From an uncultured Chitinophagaceae bacterium (GTDB lineage Bacteria > Bacteroidota > Ignavibacteria > UBA10030 > UBA8401): a DNA stretch of 64,000 bases. Shown here one piece after another: positions 17,965 through 27,480 of the stretch. The notes beneath the pieces were generated by a model. The model was not told the DNA's origin. It worked only from the letters and a program-made list of their open reading frames with translations, and did not search any database. Every line of letters starts with the position of its first letter. The stretch's first letter is position 1. The translations under genes were made by a program, and so were the position numbers. The stretch spans positions 49 to 64,048 of the forward strand of contig CAYPEM010000025.1 in NCBI GenBank assembly GCA_964409765.1, in the 5' to 3' direction.

Positions 17965-19542
17965 TCAAAACGGAAAATCCTGAGGAGTACCAATTTGAGG
18001 TTCCAGGCGTTTGGTTTCTCTTTTCTTTGCCATTTGATGTACAGCGTTTGGAGTTATATAAATTGCTTTTCGCGGCGTCGTGGGACAGGCATGTTCACAG
18101 GCACCACATCCAATGCAGTAATCATTCTCGATTTGAGGAAGGAATAATTTCCCTTCATATGGTACCATCGTTACTGCTTTGGTCGGACAATGTTCCGAAC
18201 AGGCACCGCAATCCTTTTTCTTTATTTCAACGATGCAATCTTCTTTGATAAAAGTAACCTTCCCGAGTTGCACAAGTTTTTTATCCTGCTGCACTAATTT
18301 TTGAATTGCTCCGGTCGGACAGACTTCTCCGCAGATCGTACAATCGTAATTACAGTAACTGACATTGTAATCCATCGTCGGCTGATGAATCCCGGCAAAA
18401 CCGTATTCCAAAAACGATGGCTGCAGCACTTTGGTGGGACACGAACTGATACAGAGATGACAGGATGTACAATAACTTTCAAAATGATCCTGAGATATAC
18501 CACCTGGTGGAACAACAGGTTTAGTTTTCGTTTCGGCGTATCTTGATGCAGAAGACTGGAAAGATCCGGTGATGGCCTTCAAATTTGTCGAATCAATGAA
18601 TACAGTTGACAATGACATCAGTACCATTCGGCGATCACTTTCTTCTTTGCGTGTGTACTTGGATGTTGTTGTTGAGCGCCGTTGAAATGCATACCCCATT
18701 CCATCGGTCGGACAGGAACCAAGACAATCAAAACATCCCACACAGGCTGCGAAATCCACCGTTTTTTTCACGCTGTCAATACACTGAGAGCGGCAGACAC
18801 GCTCACATAAACCGCAATCGATGCACGCGGGATTTTGGATCGTGATTTTGTATAATGATATTCGAGAAACCAGACTTAATATCCCACCAACAGGACAAAG
18901 GACATTACAGAATATCCTTCCCCTCCAGAGAGATAGACCAACAATCATTACAAAAAAGACCAATGGCAAAGAAATATTCCAAAGAGTAATTCCAGGCAAT
19001 GTAATTTCTGAAATACCAAAGATGTTTGTCGAAGAGATGAGCATTGCAACTACATTATTACCATAGATGATCACAGGACGGACAAGACTAGAAAGCATCC
19101 TTCCATAATTACTGAATGGTTCAAACAGATCAAGAAGAATTGCACTTCCGGCGATCGCAAGAAGTATTGTAGAAACAGTGATCGAATAATGAAAGAAATA
19201 ATTTGTTTTTTGGAATGGGAACTTACGATGTTTATACTTCCGCTTCCCAAACCAAATAATGATATCCTGCAGCGTTCCGAGTGGGCAGAGATGCGAACAA
19301 TAGATCCTTCCGAAAAGTAAGGTCAAAACTGAAACAATGAAAACTCCAACAAAGGCAACACTTACGGATGAAATTGTTTTGATGAGTGCAGGACCGAATT
19401 GCAATGCAACTAGAGCATTCACCCATGACGAGGGAATACGATTGGTGATATCTAAGAATAACGCACTAACGACAAAAAAACTAATCGATGAAATTGTGAT
19501 TCTAAAAGTTCGCCACTTCAGGAATGTTCGGGAAGCTGCCAC
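17965..19542 (-). CDS. Membrane-anchored polyferredoxin (NapH-like CxxxCP membrane module plus three 2x[4Fe-4S]-type domains)
   Basis: 525 aa with several TM helices. Two CxxxCP motifs (CSHLCP, CNVLCP) are present. Six ferredoxin-type Cys clusters are also present: CIDCGLCERVC, CVGCFDCLGSCP, CTSCHLCISSCP, CNYDCTICGEVCP, DCGACSEHCP and CIGCGACEHACP. Confidence 0.8.
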   Translation of the reverse strand: MAASRTFLKWRTFRITISSISFFVVSALFLDITNRIPSSWVNALVALQFGPALIKTISSVSVAFVGVFIVSVLTLLFGRIYCSHLCPLGTLQDIIIWFGKRKYKHRKFPFQKTNYFFHYSITVSTILLAIAGSAILLDLFEPFSNYGRMLSSLVRPVIIYGNNVVAMLISSTNIFGISEITLPGITLWNISLPLVFFVMIVGLSLWRGRIFCNVLCPVGGILSLVSRISLYKITIQNPACIDCGLCERVCRSQCIDSVKKTVDFAACVGCFDCLGSCPTDGMGYAFQRRSTTTSKYTRKEESDRRMVLMSLSTVFIDSTNLKAITGSFQSSASRYAETKTKPVVPPGGISQDHFESYCTSCHLCISSCPTKVLQPSFLEYGFAGIHQPTMDYNVSYCNYDCTICGEVCPTGAIQKLVQQDKKLVQLGKVTFIKEDCIVEIKKKDCGACSEHCPTKAVTMVPYEGKLFLPQIENDYCIGCGACEHACPTTPRKAIYITPNAVHQMAKKRETKRLEPQIGTPQDFPF

Positions 19543-19543
19543 G

Positions 19544-20470
19544 TTATAACGAAATTCTTTTGATATTCAATTGATCTAATGTTGCGCGTCCGACCTTCTG
19601 CTCTTCAGCAATTTGAATATAACGGACTTCAGTCGGTTCAATACCGAATAATTTAGCTCCCGCAGCGTCGATCGTTACCATATCCGGTGAGATCAATAAG
19701 GATTTCATGGTCACAACATCTTCCTCTGAAACCCCGCGAGGTCCATTCCTTTTCATGACGTAATATGCATCCATGATATTCAAATCCGGCTTACGGTAGG
19801 CAGCAAAATCTGCAATGCATTGATGAAGATCGTTCTTATGCCACTCTCCCCTATTCCACACAACACCCATTAGATTTTTCATCGACATGGTCAATTTCGT
19901 TGAACCATGGCTTTTAAGTATTGGGACATTAATGAATACATCTGATTCCAGGATCAATTCATGAACTTTCGCACTCTTTAAATTCCTTGCACCACTCACG
20001 GAAATTGCATGATAATACCCCTCCGTATTTCCGGGAACAATTTTTCCGCCGGCATTCTTTACAGCTGCTTCAATTCCACTGTTCTTATAACTTCTCTGCC
20101 AATTGTCGCATGTATTATCGAACACGACAACTTCTTTTGCTCCGGCTTGATAACAGTGTTTAACTATTTCCTCAATGAGTTTTGGATTGGTATTTCCGGC
20201 ACGTTCCGGAGTGACATCCCAGCCAATATTCGGTTTTACAACTACTCTTTGACCTTTTTTGACATACTTCCCGATGCCGCCAAGAGCTTCTATCCCTTTG
20301 GTGAACATTACATCAGGTTCTCCACCTTTGATCGCAACAAGATCATAGGGCATAGATCCGGTTTGAAGTGCTTGTAAAAGATTTGGAGTAAGCATATTCA
20401 ATCCGGAAACACTTGCTCCGGTCAAAGCTGAAAAACCAATTCCACTTTTAAGAAATGTTCTACGATCCAT
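19544..20470 (-). CDS. Tat-exported DUF362-like protein
   Basis: 308 aa. Twin-arginine signal MDRRTFLKSGIGFSALTGAS. The body (VVVKPNIGW..., NVPILKSHG..., MDAYYVM) matches my memory of the DUF362 family. There is a 1-nt gap to the polyferredoxin gene. Confidence 0.7.
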   Translation of the reverse strand: MDRRTFLKSGIGFSALTGASVSGLNMLTPNLLQALQTGSMPYDLVAIKGGEPDVMFTKGIEALGGIGKYVKKGQRVVVKPNIGWDVTPERAGNTNPKLIEEIVKHCYQAGAKEVVVFDNTCDNWQRSYKNSGIEAAVKNAGGKIVPGNTEGYYHAISVSGARNLKSAKVHELILESDVFINVPILKSHGSTKLTMSMKNLMGVVWNRGEWHKNDLHQCIADFAAYRKPDLNIMDAYYVMKRNGPRGVSEEDVVTMKSLLISPDMVTIDAAGAKLFGIEPTEVRYIQIAEEQKVGRATLDQLNIKRISL

Positions 20471-20497
20471 GGTGATGTTCCTTGTATTGGTTATTCT

Positions 20498-21058
20498 TTA
20501 TTGTGCATTATCATCATAATATTTTTGGACGATCCATTTTGCGATAAAAGGCAAAGTCAATATCTGCAGGAATGCGGGAATAATTCCCGGGATTAGCGCG
20601 GCGCTGAAATATTCTGTATCGGAAATGGATGCTCTGTTTGTTATGATAACAAAGAGAATAAAAATTATCCTTCCTGTAATAATTGACAAACCTACCGATA
20701 GAAAAGAATTCACATTGAATTTTTGACGAAGCATTCCGCTGACGAATCCGTACACAAACAATTCAGCTGTCATCGAAGGAAGAATATTAGGCAGAGGAAA
20801 GCCAGAAACTAAAAAACTCAGCAGCGGAGCCAATGTTCCGGTCATCGCACCTGCTCGCCATCCGTAGAGCATTCCGGCAAGTATCACAGGCCAATGCATC
20901 GGTAATACAATGCGAACTGGAGCATGAAGAGTATGTGCAAGAATTGGCAGCAGCACAGCAGAAGTAAGTAAAATTATTTGTGCAACAAATGCCTTAGTTC
21001 CTTGATATGGTAATAGGATAGGCCGGATCGACACAACAGAACTTCGATGACTTGACAT
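20498..21058 (-). CDS. Integral membrane protein resembling a solitary ECF-transporter S component
   Basis: 186 aa with 5-6 TM helices. The block LPMHWPVILAGMLYGWRAGAMTGTLAPLLSFLVSGFP...MTAELFVYGFVSG resembles ECF S-component family members. No ECF T/A genes are nearby. Confidence 0.5.
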   Translation of the reverse strand: MSSHRSSVVSIRPILLPYQGTKAFVAQIILLTSAVLLPILAHTLHAPVRIVLPMHWPVILAGMLYGWRAGAMTGTLAPLLSFLVSGFPLPNILPSMTAELFVYGFVSGMLRQKFNVNSFLSVGLSIITGRIIFILFVIITNRASISDTEYFSAALIPGIIPAFLQILTLPFIAKWIVQKYYDDNAQ

Positions 21059-21366
21059 TACATTCTCCTTTTCATAGAATCTTTGAATTGAAATGGATTA
21101 CTAGAAATAAATAATTTGTTGCTGGAATATTCATTCTTGGAAATAAGTTAGGGAAAAGTACATAAGGCAGCAACGAAAGACTATACAATTTTCTAATTTT
21201 ACAAAACAATCGGATGGATTTGTCCGTATTCTATTGTGGCGATAAAAACAATTGAAAAAGATCCTCTGGTGTTCCATGAATCATTACTCTCCGTCATATT
21301 TTTTACCGTTTGAAGAGAAGCATAAATTCACCATTTTGCTAGTATGAATAATATCTGAGAGCATCA

Positions 21367-23205
21367 ATGAAATTATTTTATCTGCTTATATTCGCACTGT
21401 TTACAGTCACCACCTCATCGCAATTTAAGTTTGCTCATATCAGTGATACCCATGTCGGAAATTCTACCGGCACTGAAGATCTGCAAAGAACGGTTGATGA
21501 TCTGAACCAACACAATGATATTTCTTTTGCCATCATCACCGGAGATATCACAGAATCAGGCAAGGATGATGACTTTAGAACTGCAAAACAAATCCTCGAT
21601 GGATTACACATTCCCTGGTATATCTCCCCTGGAAATCACGATATGAAATGGTCCGAATCTGGAGGGACTTCATTCTCTAAGATATTCGGCAGTGAACGAT
21701 TCATCGTTGATATTCAGGATTACACGTTTATTGGTGTGCATCAAGGACCACGAATGCGAATGGGGGATGCATATTGGACTGCAGATGATGTGTATTGGCT
21801 CGATTCATTGTTGAACGATCTTAGAAAAAAACACCGTAAAGTAATTATTGCAACACATTATCCGGCAGATTCCGGGATTGCTAATTGGTACGAAGTTACT
21901 GCTTTGGCGCATAAGTACAATGTTCTTGCATTTCTGAATGGTCACTGGCATCAAAATAGACTTGAATATTTTGACGGTATCCCAAGTGTGATTGCGCGAT
22001 CAAATCTACGAGGAAAAGAATCATCTGGAGGTTATAATATAGTAGATATCCGAAATGATTCGATGTTCTATTCTACACGTATAACCGGAAAAGAGACCTT
22101 GCGGCCTTGGAATGTTGTGCCGTTTAATCACAAAAATATTCAGGCTGCAGTTCTCTTTCATGATTCTCTCCAAGCATCATTGCAAAACGAATTCTCTCAA
22201 ATCCATATTATAGAAAAGATGTCAAGCAAATCATCAATGAATTGTCCCCCCGTTATTTCTAAACAATATCTTGCGTATGCATACGAAAACGGCACCGTTG
22301 TTTTACAATCGCGTTCGAACAAAAAACAATATACACTGCATACAAAGTATCCTATTCTCGCTTCTCCCGCTATCGAAGGTACAAAGATCGTTATCAGTTC
22401 AACGGACAGCTCGATCTCTTGTTTTGATTTTGTCGCAAATCGATTGGAATGGCGATATATGACAAAAAAAGCAATCGTCGCTCCTCCTATCATTGAAAAT
22501 ACCATCGTCTATTGTGGTGCAAGCGACAATACTTTCAGGGCAATTCATCTCTTAACAGGAAAACTTCGCTGGAGCTTTGATTCGCTTCAAGGACATGTCG
22601 AATCAAAACCACTGATCGTAGGCGAGAAGATCATTGTTGGCGCTTGGGATGAATATTTGTATTGTTTTGATAAAATTACCGGAGCATTGATTTGGAAATG
22701 GAAAGGGGATAGAAAAGGGACTCTCTATTCCCCTGCTGCATGTGAACCGGTATATGCCGACAATAAAATTTTTATCGTCGCACCGGATCGATATATGACG
22801 GCAATTGACATTTCAACAGGAAAAAATATTTGGAGAACAGATCAGTTTAAAGTTCGTGAAACGATCGGTATTTCTGAGGATGGAGAACAAATATATATTC
22901 GAACGATGAATGATTCAGTCTATGCAATCTCTTCAAAGGGAACAGAACCTCGCGTTCTATGGGGAACGAATGTCGGATTCGGATATGATATCAATTCATC
23001 ACAGATTAAAGAGAAAGCAGGGTTTGTATTTGTCACAACTAAAAATGGGCTGTTGATTGCACTTAATGCAAAAAATGGAAATGTGAAATGGAAATTCAAG
23101 GAAGGTAATGTGATCGCTCATACCCCATTACCAATTTCAGTCAGCAAGATAATATTTTCAAATATTTTAGGAACTGTATGTACAATTATTCATGAGTATA
23201 AATAA
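21367..23205 (+). CDS. Secreted calcineurin-like metallophosphoesterase fused to a PQQ/BamB-like beta-propeller
   Basis: 612 aa with a signal peptide. Phosphoesterase motifs are HISDTHVG, GDITESG, GNHD and GHWH. The C-terminal half has repeated G-x(2-3)-W blades (GKLRWSF, GALIWKWKG, GKNIWRT, GNVKWKFK). Confidence 0.75.
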   Translation: MKLFYLLIFALFTVTTSSQFKFAHISDTHVGNSTGTEDLQRTVDDLNQHNDISFAIITGDITESGKDDDFRTAKQILDGLHIPWYISPGNHDMKWSESGGTSFSKIFGSERFIVDIQDYTFIGVHQGPRMRMGDAYWTADDVYWLDSLLNDLRKKHRKVIIATHYPADSGIANWYEVTALAHKYNVLAFLNGHWHQNRLEYFDGIPSVIARSNLRGKESSGGYNIVDIRNDSMFYSTRITGKETLRPWNVVPFNHKNIQAAVLFHDSLQASLQNEFSQIHIIEKMSSKSSMNCPPVISKQYLAYAYENGTVVLQSRSNKKQYTLHTKYPILASPAIEGTKIVISSTDSSISCFDFVANRLEWRYMTKKAIVAPPIIENTIVYCGASDNTFRAIHLLTGKLRWSFDSLQGHVESKPLIVGEKIIVGAWDEYLYCFDKITGALIWKWKGDRKGTLYSPAACEPVYADNKIFIVAPDRYMTAIDISTGKNIWRTDQFKVRETIGISEDGEQIYIRTMNDSVYAISSKGTEPRVLWGTNVGFGYDINSSQIKEKAGFVFVTTKNGLLIALNAKNGNVKWKFKEGNVIAHTPLPISVSKIIFSNILGTVCTIIHEYK

Positions 23206-23327
23206 GATTTCTTTGTCGGGTTAACAGACAGGTATTCTCAAAAAATAAAACCTTCCATAAAGTACGCTCTGCTATTTTTCTTTTTATTCATTACCTTATG
23301 AAAATCTAATTTGATCAAGAGTTTTTT

Positions 23328-25700
23328 ATGAAATATTTACCGCTGTTGTTGCTCTTTTCGTTTTCATTTTCCCAATCTAGTCGAATTGAATTACTATCCC
23401 ATTATTCCTCTACGCTTTCTGCAACAAAGGAATTTAATATTTTCTTTCCGGAAGGATATGATTCAGAGACTGATTTTTATCCGGTTGTCTATCTTTTCCG
23501 AGGTGCCGTAGATGAATGGGCAGATCCGAATGAAGATGCGAGTCGCAAAGGAAATATCAAGACCGTTGTTGATTCCCTTTATACTAAGAAAAAGATCGGG
23601 AAAATGATCCTCATTATGCCGGGTCTTGAAGCACCTACCACCGAGAATGAATACATTTATCTCGTTAACGAACTAATACCGTACATCGATGCGCATTACC
23701 GAACAATTCCGGGACGATGGCATCGAGCGATGGATGGTTTTTCACTAGGAGGATTGACCGTTACAAACTTGATCTCCGGTGCTCCTCATCTCTTTAGTTC
23801 TGCAGGCTCTTATGACGGAACATTATCGATGTTTGATAACACTCGTTTCAGCAATGCTGCGAGCTCGATTATTACTTCTATAAAACAAATGCAATTGTTC
23901 TATCATACTGCATCGATCGGCGGGAATAATAATTCGAACAATCAAACAACTTTCAACATCCTGAATTCAAAAGGAATATACAATTCACTCCCATCTTTCC
24001 TTCTCGATCCAAATGCTCAGCATAATTGGTTCTATTGCGATTGGCACATGTCGATCACGCTTCCACTCCATTGGCAAAAGATCCAATCTGCAGAAAACGG
24101 TTTGAATCTTTCTCTCACAACCCCTCTTTCAGGTCAAATTATTTCAGGAATAAAACAAATCACGTGGTCGAGGTTATCGGTTACGAATACAATCACAACC
24201 TCTCTTTTTTATTCGAGTGACAACGGAAAACAATGGACACAGTTTTATTCCACAACCTCAAATGATTCTGCTGTTCAATGGAATACAGTTCCGCTGAACG
24301 ACGGCACACGATATAAAATCAAGATCCTCTGTGTCGGTGATTCATTATTTGGTTCTTCCATAAGTAACACATTCACTGTCAACAATCCCGGCAACAGTGC
24401 TCCGGATGTGGAATTTGTCAATTTGAATGAACGCGATTCGGTTTCGGGAAACTATATGCTGCAATGGTTTGCCGGCGATGCTGATGGAGATCCGATATCC
24501 ATTTCTCTAGAAATATCATATGATGCTGGTTCAAGCTGGAATTCTATTGCTTCATCACTTCCCAATAATGGAAATTATCTTATAGATTCAAGAAGTCTTG
24601 CGAATGGAAGTAATGTTCTTTTCCGAATGACAGCAACCGATGGTAGTTTTTCAGCACAGACAAACTCACCATCCGTTATTATTCACAATAAGCGGGTCAA
24701 TCTATACAATGCATCATTTATTCACCAGTCAGGAACTAGCGACGCGACAATCACTGCACTGGGAATGAATACTGATTCTCTCCATTCGGGAAATTATTAT
24801 ATCGGATTCAAAGAATCCGGCGGGAAAAAATCGTACTCAGTCTTCAACAATAAAGGGATCGAAGTAGTAAAAGATGCAACGCAGCTTGATGGAAAAACTG
24901 AAGGGCCATTATTTGATGGGTTCCGTCTGCTCGTGAACGATTTTTCCACACCAAGAGTCAATAGTGATTCTACACGGTGGATTGTTGGAGCATCAAATCT
25001 GTCCGGTGAAATTCGATTGATCGATATCAGCACAGGAACTGAGACTATTACTGCAATACCATTTCCTTCGGATTACGAAATTCGAATGAGCAATACGATT
25101 GTTGATACCTCCCTATCGCTCTTTGATGCCCCGGCGGCATCTGTTCATTTTTTGATCTGGAATACGACGTTGAATAGAAAAACAAAATTCATTTTCACTG
25201 AATTGGATGGTAATGGCATCCTCAGTGAGTTTGATGAACTGTATCTCATCGAAAAAGACTCATTGAATGCTACGGTCTTAACGTGGCATGTTCAGTTTTC
25301 TGCAAGCGGAACAGCCATCAATCCAGCCAACGGAGATAAATTTAAGATCAAGATTATGAAGCCGCTCACCAAATCTGATTCGTATTTATTTCTCTATACC
25401 CCTCCACTTACTGTAAAAAACGATATCGTATCGCCGAATCAGTATACTTTGTATCAAAATTATCCTAATCCGTTCAATCCAATCACTGAGATCAATTATC
25501 GGTTACCGGTGAGCGGTCTTGTGACGATCTCTGTATTTGATGTACTTGGCAGAGAAGTTATAACACTCGTAAATGAGAAAAAGGAAGCCGGAAAGTATTT
25601 TGTGCGTTGGGATGCAGCAACTTTTGCAAGCGGGGTATATTTTTATCAATTAAGAAGCGCTAATTTTGTTGACAGCAAAAAAATGATTTTATTAAAGTAA
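23328..25700 (+). CDS. Secreted esterase-family (esterase D / putative-esterase fold) protein with Asp-box repeats and a T9SS C-terminal sorting domain
   Basis: 790 aa with a signal peptide. N-domain blocks FFPEGYD...YPVVYLFRG and the nucleophile elbow GFSLGG. Asp-box-like SSDNGKQW and SYDAGSSW. CTD: YQNYPNPFNP...VFDVLGREV...GVYFYQL...KKMILLK. Confidence 0.75.
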   Translation: MKYLPLLLLFSFSFSQSSRIELLSHYSSTLSATKEFNIFFPEGYDSETDFYPVVYLFRGAVDEWADPNEDASRKGNIKTVVDSLYTKKKIGKMILIMPGLEAPTTENEYIYLVNELIPYIDAHYRTIPGRWHRAMDGFSLGGLTVTNLISGAPHLFSSAGSYDGTLSMFDNTRFSNAASSIITSIKQMQLFYHTASIGGNNNSNNQTTFNILNSKGIYNSLPSFLLDPNAQHNWFYCDWHMSITLPLHWQKIQSAENGLNLSLTTPLSGQIISGIKQITWSRLSVTNTITTSLFYSSDNGKQWTQFYSTTSNDSAVQWNTVPLNDGTRYKIKILCVGDSLFGSSISNTFTVNNPGNSAPDVEFVNLNERDSVSGNYMLQWFAGDADGDPISISLEISYDAGSSWNSIASSLPNNGNYLIDSRSLANGSNVLFRMTATDGSFSAQTNSPSVIIHNKRVNLYNASFIHQSGTSDATITALGMNTDSLHSGNYYIGFKESGGKKSYSVFNNKGIEVVKDATQLDGKTEGPLFDGFRLLVNDFSTPRVNSDSTRWIVGASNLSGEIRLIDISTGTETITAIPFPSDYEIRMSNTIVDTSLSLFDAPAASVHFLIWNTTLNRKTKFIFTELDGNGILSEFDELYLIEKDSLNATVLTWHVQFSASGTAINPANGDKFKIKIMKPLTKSDSYLFLYTPPLTVKNDIVSPNQYTLYQNYPNPFNPITEINYRLPVSGLVTISVFDVLGREVITLVNEKKEAGKYFVRWDAATFASGVYFYQLRSANFVDSKKMILLK

Positions 25701-25722
25701 GCAAATATGAAACTGAAGAAAG

Positions 25723-26589
25723 TTATTTTTCCTGTTGAATAAACGATAGTATTTTTTGGACTGTTACATCGTTTGAATTGACCATTTCAGTAACAGTTCC
25801 CATATGAGATCGATGTGGAATAATTATATAAGCTGCAAGGACATTATAGTACTCCGCTTTTCGGACAAACTCTTCAACAGTTTTCAACTTTGGCGGATCA
25901 TAAAGTTCTTCATCGGCCAGAACCAATAACATTCTCGGAACTGATGCATTGATATGGCAGATCGGCAAACTGCGTTGAAAATTCTCTTTTTTCCCGAATA
26001 TCTTAAAGAACCAATCATTTCTAAATAGACTTCTTTGTTCGCTATCACTTAAATTCTCCAGACTTCCTCCATCACTCATCATTGCACCCATTGAAACACA
26101 TCCGGCGATCTCATCCAGATGCATTCCGACTTCAGACAAATATAGTGTATCCGTACTGACAAGAGCTGAGAGATGCCCGCCGGAACTATGTCCAACGATA
26201 TAAATTCTCGATGGGTCGCCTCCATATTCGGAGATGTGGTCTTTTAACCAGCGAATCGCTTTAGCAACATCTCTCGGCTGTGCAGGCCAAACTGAATCCT
26301 GAAGCAACCGGTAGCTCATCACAGCACATGCGATCCCCTGCTTTTGAAACACTTCTCCGATCTGAGCATACGGGAAATCTTTTCTGTCGCCGGATACAAA
26401 GCTGCCGCCATGAATAAATAGGATTACTGGAAACTTTGTTGTTGTAGGAAGATATAGATCTAATTCATTTTTGGTTGCCGAAGCGTATGATATATCCGAG
26501 TCAATTAATCCATACGGTGTTGCGGTAAGTTTAACTGTAGAATTACAAATTTCAAATAAAAGAAAAATTGCAGCGAAGGTATTTTTCAT
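25723..26589 (-). CDS. Secreted alpha/beta-hydrolase (esterase/lipase type)
   Basis: 288 aa. Contains HGGSFVSGD and GHSSGGHLSA. It is convergent with the previous gene; the stop codons are 22 nt apart. Confidence 0.75.
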   Translation of the reverse strand: MKNTFAAIFLLFEICNSTVKLTATPYGLIDSDISYASATKNELDLYLPTTTKFPVILFIHGGSFVSGDRKDFPYAQIGEVFQKQGIACAVMSYRLLQDSVWPAQPRDVAKAIRWLKDHISEYGGDPSRIYIVGHSSGGHLSALVSTDTLYLSEVGMHLDEIAGCVSMGAMMSDGGSLENLSDSEQRSLFRNDWFFKIFGKKENFQRSLPICHINASVPRMLLVLADEELYDPPKLKTVEEFVRKAEYYNVLAAYIIIPHRSHMGTVTEMVNSNDVTVQKILSFIQQEK

Positions 26590-26681
26590 AACTCATTCTA
26601 TTTGTATAGAAAGAGTTACGCCAATAACCGGAGTCGGTTACACTACAATTGTAGAGATAATAATTATATCAACGACATGGA

Positions 26682-27407
26682 TTATCGTTGCACTTTTGCC
26701 AGAACGTAGAAGACTTTTTTCTTGACATCTCTCCAGCGAGCCGTGATCTCAATATTACGTAATTCAACATCTACATCTTCATTGAAGACATCTTGAGATT
26801 CAGCTACATTTTTTTTCTGCATCGATTGAACGGTGCTGCGGGCTGTACGAGCCAAAGCCATGAAAGCATTATGTTCCGCACGTTCCCAAGAGCTTGGTTC
26901 ATAATAATATTCTTCTGATGTCCCGACACCATAGAAAAAACGATTATCATTTGGCGGCTCTTCAACCCATTTGGGCTGTTGTAGATTGGCAACGGAGATT
27001 GTTTCCTTTACTTTTTCATCGATCATACATAACGAAGTATCACCAGCAAGAACGATCAATTTCTGCTTGTCAACAAAAAAATCAATGACGGTCAACTTTT
27101 CCTGAAAGCGTTCTGCCAATGAAGAATCATATTCTTCTTCATAATGAGCACCCATAGAATGAACCCCGGCTTCCGTAGTCCAAAAAGCTTGACCACCGAT
27201 CACTTTTACATCGGTATACTTTGCAAGAAGATTGCAGCTCTTTCTAAAGGCAAAGTTAATTGCAGAATCTTGATAAAAGGTTGGAGGCGATATCACTGAA
27301 ACGATTTTTGTTTTACATCCAACTTGTTCCTGATTGAGAAACCAATTTGGATACACTTGAGCGTGCGTGGTGCCAAACAATAACAATATCAGTGTCACTT
27401 GTCTCAT
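26682..27407 (-). CDS. Secreted protein with two LPP20-like segments, function unknown
   Basis: 241 aa with a signal peptide. It has two P-x-W ... G-x-G ... A-x(3)-A type segments (YPNWFLNQ..., PKWVEEPPNDNRFFYGVGTSEE...ERAEHNAFMALAR) that resemble the neighbouring LPP20-like genes. Confidence 0.45.
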   Translation of the reverse strand: MRQVTLILLLFGTTHAQVYPNWFLNQEQVGCKTKIVSVISPPTFYQDSAINFAFRKSCNLLAKYTDVKVIGGQAFWTTEAGVHSMGAHYEEEYDSSLAERFQEKLTVIDFFVDKQKLIVLAGDTSLCMIDEKVKETISVANLQQPKWVEEPPNDNRFFYGVGTSEEYYYEPSSWERAEHNAFMALARTARSTVQSMQKKNVAESQDVFNEDVDVELRNIEITARWRDVKKKVFYVLAKVQR

Positions 27408-27419
27408 TATTCCCCCTTA

Positions 27420-27457
27420 AAACATAAACGCCACCGGAAAGAATTTCCCGATGGCGT
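27420..27457 (-). terminator. Candidate intrinsic terminator downstream of the 27481-28050 lipoprotein gene
   Basis: Minus-sense hairpin ACGCCATCGG-loop-CCGGTGGCGT (one mismatch) followed by TTTATGTTTT. Confidence 0.45.
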
Positions 27458-27480
27458 CATTGAAAATAACTCTATTAAAA

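Noticed and set aside
21059-21366. Riboswitch upstream of the ECF-S-like membrane protein gene. S components are often riboswitch-controlled.
   Set aside because: I saw no conserved riboswitch core (TPP, FMN, cobalamin, preQ1, THF) and no strong helices. The region also has to hold the divergent promoter of the 21367 gene. A covariance-model scan would be decisive.
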